A stretch of 50,267 nucleotides of DNA from a virus (taxonomy: Duplodnaviria; Caudoviricetes), in the IMG/VR virus record IMGVR_UViG_3300025103_000026, positions 1-50,267 of that record. One strand, written 5' to 3'. A model generated the notes under the pieces. It was not told where the DNA came from, did not search any database, and saw only the letters and a program-made list of their open reading frames with translations. The position numbers and the translations under genes are program-made. Below are positions 25,532 to 34,400 of this stretch, piece by piece. Position 1 is the stretch's first letter; each line of letters starts with the position of its first letter.

Positions 25532-26307
25532 AAATATATTCATATAGTCAGTTAAATACATTTAAATCTTGTAGTGAAAAGTATAAGATAATGTATGTTG
25601 ATGAAAGAAAAAACACCAAAGAAGGAATTGAAGCTTTTATGGGTAAGAGGGTGCATGATACACTTGAGTGGATTTATAGTCAGTATAATATAAAAAGAAG
25701 TGTACCCTTTAAAGAGATTGAAGAATTTTATGATTGTATCTGGAAATCTAGTTGGCATGATGAGATATATTCAGTTAGAGATTTTAAAACTGAGTTTTAT
25801 TACTCTCTAGGGAAGCATTGCTTGGCTAACTATTATTATAAATATGGTCCGGAGTTTAATCAGAGTGTTTATGCTACTGAATTAATGATTAGTTTTAAAC
25901 TAAATGGATTTAATTTTAGAGGTATAATAGATAGATTAGACTATGACGGGGAGGGTAATTGGATTGTTCACGATTATAAAGCAGGTAAAAGTACATTATC
26001 AGCTCCAGCCACAAAAAGAGATGGGCAGTTAGCACTATATCAAATAGCTGTTATGCAAAAGCCTGAAATAAAAAATATAAAATCAATAGAATTAAGATGG
26101 CATTTCCTCCAACAAGGCTTAGAAAGAAGTGTTATTCATACAGAGGAAAGCTTAAATAAAATAAAAAATAAACTAAAAGATATGATACATTCTATAGAGA
26201 GTGCAGAGTATTTTGAGCCAAAAGAAACAATGCTATGTAATTGGTGTCATTATTGGGATGATTGTTCTGCCAAGCAAACAACAAACCCTGTAAGAAAGGC
26301 TTTATAG
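25528..26307 (+). CDS. RecB/Cas4-like PD-(D/E)XK exonuclease
   Basis: SYSQL..C, GKRVH, GIIDRLD, VHDYK, QLALY and CNWC..C (1+3 Fe-S cysteine pattern). Confidence 0.9.
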   Translation: MKIYSYSQLNTFKSCSEKYKIMYVDERKNTKEGIEAFMGKRVHDTLEWIYSQYNIKRSVPFKEIEEFYDCIWKSSWHDEIYSVRDFKTEFYYSLGKHCLANYYYKYGPEFNQSVYATELMISFKLNGFNFRGIIDRLDYDGEGNWIVHDYKAGKSTLSAPATKRDGQLALYQIAVMQKPEIKNIKSIELRWHFLQQGLERSVIHTEESLNKIKNKLKDMIHSIESAEYFEPKETMLCNWCHYWDDCSAKQTTNPVRKAL

Positions 26308-26308
26308 T

Positions 26309-26959
26309 ATGATGTATAAAGAAATAGAATCTTTATTAAAGAAATGTGAAGAGTTTAAAATAAACCAAACATACGGTCATCCATTTGTTGATTTCAATAT
26401 CAAGATGGTAGGAAAGACATTTGAATCGTTAATAGGCAAAACTGCATTTTTTTTACCAAGCCTAAAAACCCTTTATTTAAAATTTATGTTCAAAAACTCT
26501 CAACAATTTACAGAACAAGGGATAGCAGAACAAGCTATTTATGGTAGAGTAGCAAGAATGTGGGCATCTTTAGTACGGGAGTGGCATGCATATTATATAT
26601 TGTTAGAAATTGGAAATAGTATTTATGATTATGATAGTGATGATATAATTAGAAATGACACATTAGACACAATGAAAGGTATTGATATATACCTTATAAA
26701 TTTGGAAAAACCAAATACTTCTATAAAGCTTGACATTTTTCAATCAACAAAAAGGTCTAATCAATTTAGAAAAATAAAAGATACAAAAAGAGTAAAGGAT
26801 TTAGATATTCCCGGTAATAAATTTCAAATTAAACTAGGTGGTGATAACCTTGAAACAACAACCCAAGTAGTAAATGGTTGGTATTTATTAAAGGAATCAT
26901 ATGCCCATCGTATTATACATTATTACAACAACATAAAAAAAAAGGAAAACAATGGATAA
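26309..26959 (+). CDS. Restriction-endonuclease-like protein (TaqI-family-like, PD-(D/E)XK)
   Basis: GRVARMWASLVREWH...LDTMKGID resembles the RxxRxWxS..H..LD.xGxD pattern of TaqI-like nucleases. Recalled, not searched. Confidence 0.5.
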   Translation: MMYKEIESLLKKCEEFKINQTYGHPFVDFNIKMVGKTFESLIGKTAFFLPSLKTLYLKFMFKNSQQFTEQGIAEQAIYGRVARMWASLVREWHAYYILLEIGNSIYDYDSDDIIRNDTLDTMKGIDIYLINLEKPNTSIKLDIFQSTKRSNQFRKIKDTKRVKDLDIPGNKFQIKLGGDNLETTTQVVNGWYLLKESYAHRIIHYYNNIKKKENNG

Positions 26960-27064
26960 AAAATACACAATAAAGAAATGTAGGATTGACACTACATAGT
27001 TTTAACTACACTTTGTCCAGTAATATATATAATAAACTGGACATACCAAGCAAAAGGAGAAGAA

Positions 27065-27237
27065 TGAAACAATATAATATATCATCTATAGAGGTATGGG
27101 AAAGAACATTAAAGCTTAATGCTTCTTTAGAAATAATAAACGACTTAATAAAAGATATGACAGATGAAATTCATGTCTTAAAAAGAATATCTTACGAATT
27201 AAAGGAAATAGAAAAACATGAAAATAGCAGAAGTTAA
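27065..27237 (+). CDS. Small coiled-coil hypothetical protein
   Basis: AAGGAG RBS before MKQYNIS (start approximate; the ORF track extends it to 26986). Confidence 0.55.
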
Positions 27238-27388
27238 GATGGATAAAAGGGGTAGAATAACCCTGCCAAAAGCATATATGAAAGTAAACGGATTTAAGGA
27301 ACAATCCACTATTGTTGTTAAGTCCAGCAATAAACCTAAACATATATTGTTAGAGTTTACGAATAAGGATTATAAAAGTGTTTCGTGA
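27218..27388 (+). CDS. AbrB/MraZ-type DNA-binding protein (56 aa, not in ORF track)
   Basis: MKIAEVKMDKRGRITLPK signature. Confidence 0.75.
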   Translation: MKIAEVKMDKRGRITLPKAYMKVNGFKEQSTIVVKSSNKPKHILLEFTNKDYKSVS

Positions 27389-27824
27389 GATTGAAATAAT
27401 AGGAATCCCTAGACCACAAGCAAGACATAGAAGTACTAGAGTTGGGGGGTTTATCCGGAATTATGACCCTTGTTATAAATCAAAGAAGGAGTTCTCTGAT
27501 AAGGTCCGTTCTAAAGCTCCAAAAAAGGCTCTTAAAGGAAGTATCTCTTTAAGTTTGACATTCTATATGCCTAGACCAAAAGCCCATTGGAAAACGAAGA
27601 AAGGTCGGTGTACTCAGAATTTAAAAGAGTGGGCAAAAGAGTATAAGCTATGCCGGACAAAACCGGATGTTGATAATCTTGCGAAATATGTTATGGACTC
27701 TTGTAATGAAATTTTATGGAAAGATGATTGTTTTGTTACGAGATTACAGGTTGAAAAGCTTTATGTTGATGATGGGGATAATAGACCGAGAACATTAATA
27801 GAGTTCTGGCTTGTTGAAGGTTAA
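27378..27824 (+). CDS. rusA: RusA-family Holliday junction resolvase
   Basis: GIPRPQARHR, FYMPRPK and KPDVDNLAKYVMD..WKDD. Confidence 0.92.
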   Translation: MFREIEIIGIPRPQARHRSTRVGGFIRNYDPCYKSKKEFSDKVRSKAPKKALKGSISLSLTFYMPRPKAHWKTKKGRCTQNLKEWAKEYKLCRTKPDVDNLAKYVMDSCNEILWKDDCFVTRLQVEKLYVDDGDNRPRTLIEFWLVEG

Positions 27825-28095
27825 AGACGGAAAGGATTACCTCCTTTATATTTCTACCCACGGGTGTTTAGTGTGTGGACATCCTAATCCTGACAGAGAC
27901 CATTTGGATACTGTCGGGATGGGTGGGAATAGGAATGATGATTTGTGGGAGGATTTTTCTGCCATTCCTTTATGCAGAGGACATCATCAAGAGAGGCATA
28001 CAAATATGGAAAAGTTTGAAAAGAAATATAGAATTAATCTATGGAGAGAAAGTCATAGAATATTAATGAGGTGGTTAAGATATGAAAGAGATTAA
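27811..28095 (+). CDS. DUF968/HNH-like nuclease
   Basis: CLVCG..H..GMG..AIPLCRGHHQERH. Confidence 0.8.
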   Translation: MLKVKDGKDYLLYISTHGCLVCGHPNPDRDHLDTVGMGGNRNDDLWEDFSAIPLCRGHHQERHTNMEKFEKKYRINLWRESHRILMRWLRYERD

Positions 28096-28441
28096 AACAG
28101 ATTCGTTTTTAGGATATATGAATGGTAAGAAGTTAGTTATACCTACAGAAGATAAGATGAAAGAATTTATATCGGGACTGTCGGGGGAGGTGATGATTAC
28201 AATAGAGGAGATAAGAAATAGAACTCAGAAACAAAATAATCATTATAGAAAAATCATAAGAGTAATGGCTAAACGACACCCGTTTGATGGTTATACTGCA
28301 GATGAACTACATGAAGCTATGAAGCAAAGATTTGAAATAGCTTCTACTAAGGATTTAAATAGAGAAGAGTTTAGTGAGTTTATTAATAAAGTAATTAAGT
28401 TAGCAAATGAACACGATGTACAGATAGAATCTAATCATTAA
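28082..28441 (+). CDS. NinB-like recombination protein
   Basis: RTQKQN..DELHE..STKDLNREEFSEFI. Confidence 0.7.
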   Translation: MKEIKTDSFLGYMNGKKLVIPTEDKMKEFISGLSGEVMITIEEIRNRTQKQNNHYRKIIRVMAKRHPFDGYTADELHEAMKQRFEIASTKDLNREEFSEFINKVIKLANEHDVQIESNH

Positions 28442-31400
28442 TCAAAAAGTGCAGGACCTTTACTTTTCTTTTCTGCCTTTTTAACTTTCCTTAATTCTTT
28501 TTTTATATAGCTATACTTTTTATTTTCCCAACGACTCCTATTACGACTACCTTTTTCTTTCAAGGCTTGTTTCGCTTTTGTTAATTGAGATTTCCTACCT
28601 CTACCAGCTCTATAATATATTTGGTCTCCAACCCAAGGTATTGCTTTTGGAGTTTCCAATCCATATTGAATACTTTCTTTTTTACTCAGACCTGTAGTTC
28701 CCCACTTACCTATAAGATATATATCATTTACTACATCATTAGCTATACCTACTACTGGAATAGATGTAATTCCAGACCAAGTTTTTTTTATGAGATTTCT
28801 TTCCCTTGCTCTGTCTGTGTAAAATTTACTCATAAAAAATAAACCAAGGAAATTATTCCAAGCATTTTCTCTCCAAGAAGTTTGCTTGCCTAAAAATAAA
28901 TCTTTAACCTCATCTTTACCAAAACCAGCCAACATCATAAATGCAGCCAATCTCATTGGATTTCCATATGCTAAAGCAGTATAAGCTCTTGCATCTTTTA
29001 TGTTACCTTTTGCTCTGGCTTCTTTTGCTTTTTTATTATTTAAAGCAAATTCCTCAACCATTCTATTTGCTGCCCTTAAAGTCCAAGTACTTAATTGATA
29101 TGCTATTCTTGCATTGGGTACATTTGTATAGTATGCAGGTAGTTCTGCATCTGATAAAGGTTGAAAATCCATTAATCCATTTAATGCAACTTCTATAACT
29201 TCATTACTTAAATTACCAGCTTTTAAATCTGCAATAGCTTTATTGTATTTAGCTGTTCCTTCTGGAAATACTTCAGCTATCTTGTCTGTTAATTCTAACT
29301 GCTTTCTTCTTGGGAGCTTATCATACTTTAATAACTTCTTTTGCATGCCATCAATATATGTATTAACAAATGACTCTTTAGCTATAGAGTCTAATTTTTT
29401 AAACCCGGTGTATTTAAATAATTTATTTAATCCACCCATCATGGTATCTGGGTCTGAAAGCTCGTGCATAATTTCATCAATATGCATATCCCTAAGTGTA
29501 ATATCAGATTTATTACCTAATGCTTTACCAATATTTCTTATCATTCTAATAGGATTTGTAGTTGCACCAGCATACATTACTGCTCCTAAATCTCCTATTT
29601 GAGTTAAAGTATTTGCTACATCTCCTAATGTGTAAAAATAACCTATTGCCCTTAACTTGCCAATTCCTTCTGGTGTATTACGAACATCTAATACTGAAGA
29701 TAATACCTTAATAGCCTCTTCTTGCTGGTCAGCATCAAGCTCTCCACCAAGTGTTTGAGATACTAAAGATGTAACTCCATCCTTAATTTTATTACCATCG
29801 CCATCAATAGAAACGAAATCTGCATCATAATGGTCTTTTAATAAAGCTTGCCTTCCTATCGCTTCATTTACTGAGTCAATATAACCAAGCAAAGCATCAG
29901 AGCTACCCTTGTAATATTGAATCATATCTTTATCTATTTTTGTGATAGTCCGAGATTTCCCTTGTTTTAAACCACTCTTGCCCTTTGTGATATTAAAAAT
30001 TAAAGAGTTTATAATCTTTGCTTTTTCAGACTCTCTAAGCCTTGAAGCTTCTTGCTTTAAAATAGCATCACTTAAACCCTTTGTAACTCTCTCTATTTCG
30101 GATTTAGTAAGAGTTTTAATAGATGCAGAAACTTTTCTTTCCTTACCTTGTTCTTTTAATTTCTTCTGTTCAGCTCGTGCTTTTTTCTTTGCAAATTCTT
30201 TAAGCTTCCCATCTATAATATAATTTTTTAAGGCTTGTTCTATAGCACCATCAATTTCTTTACCAACTTCTTTTCTCATATGTCTTCTTAAAGCTTTTAA
30301 ATCATCTACAATTCTGGGATAGTAACCTAATAATCCAGCTTCTTCATTCGCTTCTATATATCCCATATCCAAACCAACTTCATTGGCTCTCTTAACAAGC
30401 CTATCTAATACAGCTCTAACTTTTGGAAATTCTTTTACAAGATTAGTGGTTATTTTTTTAGTTTTATTATCTTTATCTGTTACCTTGATGGTTATATCAC
30501 CAACATCATTACTTAGTTCTGTTAAAGCATTAGCATCGCTATTAGCCAATATACCATTCAACCAATCATTTTGCTCTTGAGTTAATTTTTTAGTTAAAAC
30601 TAACCATGGCTCTACTACTTTTCTATCAATAGATGAGTTTTTCATAGTGCTTGTAACATATCTTCTCATCATTGTTTTAATTTTAGGATTAATCATTACA
30701 GCTCTAAATGAATTTGTCATAGCTGCATTTTTTAGAAAATCAGTTACACCAGCGAGTATACCACTTTTTGTTTTATTCTTTTTAGCTCTCTTCTTTGACT
30801 CTTTGCTTGAAAAATCTCTATAAGCATCTAATGTTCCCGGAGGAGGAGGTGGAGGTGGTGTTTTTATACTTTCAACATCTTTACCTTGTAATATTGCTTG
30901 AGCATTAACATCATTTATTTTTACTTTTAATTTTAATCTTTCTTTCTTAGCACCTTTACCTTTACCGAACTTATCATCTAATTTGTTTAATTGAGTTTGG
31001 TATCCTTCTATTGTCGGGTCTACGGCATACTTAATACCACCCATTTTAGCCATACCTCTTTCTATCTTCTCACCTATTTGGACCTTATTATCATCCCACC
31101 ATCTCTTCATAGCTTTCTGTGCTTTCTTTAGCCATGCTTTAATGTTTTGTTTTGTCTTGGATGAGAACTCAGATAATGTTCTGCCGAAGTTTTGTGCAGT
31201 TACACCTATTCTTTGTCCTTGTTTTTGTAGGTTAGCAGGAAGGTTATCGTAAACAAAATAACCTGTATCTATGATAGTGTTCTTTAGAAGTTTTAAGTTT
31301 GATGGTGTGAAGCCTAAGAACCCAGCTTCAATTGATGCTGTTGTTTGCCTTTGTAAAGGCTTATTAATTACAAAAGTCTTTCCTTTTCTTGTAACTGCAT

Positions 31401-34400
31401 CTGGAATAAAAGACTCAATCTCTAGTAAGTAATCAACAGTTGGTCGGTTTTCTTGCCAGGTATCTATTGTTGTCATAGAGCCTTTTTTAGACTTATTACC
31501 CTCATAGACCTGCACAAGCATAACTCCACCCGGCTTTAACTTATCATAAGCATCTTGAACAACAAATTCTCTTTCATTTTTATTTTCAATAACATTTAGT
31601 ACATTCATCAAAGTTACTGAATCAGCACCTTTTTTTTGGTTAACCTTTTCTAAAACCTTTATATTGTGGATATCATCTCTGGCATATCTATCATAAACTT
31701 GACTGGTTATGCCTTGCTTTTTTAGATATTTAACTCCATCATCAAACCTTCCACCACCATAATCAAGGTTAAATCCTTTTGTTATATAATTCTTTAACTC
31801 TTTTAATCCAGCAGCTACATGCTTTAAAGATGTTTTCTCAGGTTTGCTTCGTGCAGGCTCAACCCCATACATCTTTTTTAAAGTTTTTTCTTTTATTTTT
31901 TCAAGACTTTGGGCTTTTTCTTCTTCTGTGAATTTATCATCGGTCTTTTTAACTTCAGTATCGACTTTATTGACTTCGCTAACTTTTCTGACGGCATTGA
32001 ATCTGTCAGGTCTTCCAGCTCTAAGCCTATCAATGAGTTTCCTTGACTCTTGTTCATAATCTGTTCCTTTTGTTGTTTTACTTCCTATCCCAGAGCTATA
32101 ATATAGGTCTTTTTCTGGAAACCATACTATAGCCTGTAAATCTGCAACCTCTAATCCTGTTTTATCAGCAACTCTTTGCATTACATTTCTCATAAACTGC
32201 CTATCATTACCACCCTCTGGAGCTATTTTTGTCTCAAATCTAAGTAATAATGCTCTAGCTGCAGCGTTTAAAGATGTTTTCTCTTTGAAAGTTCCTATAT
32301 TATGCTTGTCTTTTAGTTTTTTTATTTCCTGCTTTAAGGTCTCTTTATTATTCTTGTATTTTTTTCTTAATCTTTTTAATTGAGGTTTTATTTTCCACTC
32401 GTTACTTTTTGCAAAATCTCTGTAAACAAGCCTTGCTAAATCAAAAACATAATCATCATCATTTAACCTTGAAACATCAACATCATATTGCTTTAATTTT
32501 TTCTTACTTGATTTTAAATACTTCTTAAAACCTTTAATTTGTTTTGTATAATCTTTTGTACGAGATAAATTCCCCCTTAACCTACCAATGGTTCTCATAA
32601 ACCATCTGTCCATAGTAAGATATTGATACTGACCAGACAAGTTCGGATAAAAACCTCCCCCAACTTTTGGTCCAAATATTATAGCACCCGGAACTTTATA
32701 ACCTTTTAACTCACCTTTATTACTCGTTATAACACCAAAATCCATAAGCTCTTTTATGGTATACTCAGTATTTAAAAATTTATTAACATCCGATTCACCT
32801 AAAATTTCTACAAGCTCATTATACCTTTTAAATCCTTCATTAACTGCACCATGCTGTGCACCATATATTTCCCAATCTTCAGGAAATTTTCCGTTTTCTT
32901 TATAGTAATTATAAACAAGCTCACCAAACTCAGTATTTAAAATAACATCTGTTCCATTAGATGTAACTGACAAGGCTACTTTAAATCTTGTTTCAGCATC
33001 TTTATCGGTCAATATTTCAGGATGTATTTCTGCAATAATATTAATAGCATTCTGCATTTTTACAGAATACCAAGCCTGTGCTGATTTAGGGTCTTTTATT
33101 TCTTGATAAACTTCCTGTACTATAAGGTCTGAAAGGTACTCTTCAGTTTCTTTAATTTGCCGAAGGTCTTCTGGTGTCTTCTTTGCTTTTTTAATAGTTT
33201 CATCGCTAACTAAATCCAATCCAAGTTCTTTTTGCAAATCTAATGCTAATTTATTAGCTTGGGCAGCAAAGCTATCTACTTTTAATTTTTCACCTTTTAT
33301 TTTTTGGTTAGCTTTTGAGAAAATTTCTTTTAGATTCTCTATAGACAATAAACCAGAATATTCCTTTACGACTTCCTTATAACTTCTATCGCCTTTAATT
33401 ATTATTTCTGTTTTAAAATCTTTAACCTCTCCCGGCTCTACAATGTAGCTAAGTCCACCAGTTCTTGCCATTGCTTGTTCAATCTTTTCACCAATCTGTA
33501 CTTTGTTCTCACCCCACCATTTTTTAATAGACTTGTTTACTTTTTTAATCCAAGCTTTAATGTTCTTAGGTATGTTCTTAAATCCATCAATAGCAGATTT
33601 AAATGTAGCATCAAAGTTCTTAGGAGTTATACCTAAATTTTCTGCTTGTTGTCGAAGTTTTTTAGGTAGCATTTCGTATGTATACTGAGCAGTTTTAATA
33701 AGACCATTGTAGACAACTTTCATACCCGGTATAGGATTAGGCAGGATAACCATATTAGTCGCACCGTCATCTAATATATCAAATCCCAATTTATCCATTT
33801 CCTCAAGAGCAGCTTGTTTAGCATCGGTTTCAGTATCAGTTTCGGTATCAGCTTCCTGTAGGTCTATAATATTAAAGTCATCATCAAAAGCTAAGTCCCT
33901 ACCTTCAAGTATTTCTTCCATTGATTGAATAGCTGCTTCTGATTCACCTACATTCATATCCGTTTGGTCGTTCTCACTACCGTAATGCTTATCTATATAG
34001 CTTTGGAGTTTCCTTGCTGCTTTTGTAAAACCATCAATACTATTTGTCTTTAAATTTTTAACCCAAGCTAATGGTTTACCAGTCTTACCATTTAGTATAT
34101 CTGCTGTATATACATAGTCTTCATCTTCAGTAAGTTCGGTGTTTACTCTTGTGTCGAGGTCTTGAGATTTAATATCTGCCGGGGTTTCTATTACTTCCGG
34201 TTTTGGGGCTCTAATCATTGTGTCTTTTGTCTTGAAGTCTTTATTTTTCCCTTTATTTAAAACAAAGCCAATAGACTTATAAAATTCTGTTAACTTTGTC
34301 TTACTTGCCCCGAAATCAGATACAGGTGTCAAAGAAAGTGTTATGTTGTTTTTATCTGCATATTCAATGGTTTTCTCTATTGCTTTCCTTGCTTTCCCTT

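Noticed and set aside
25528-26307. CRISPR-Cas system based on the Cas4-like gene
   Set aside because: A solo RecB/Cas4-like nuclease in a recombination cluster, with no cas1/cas2 or array.
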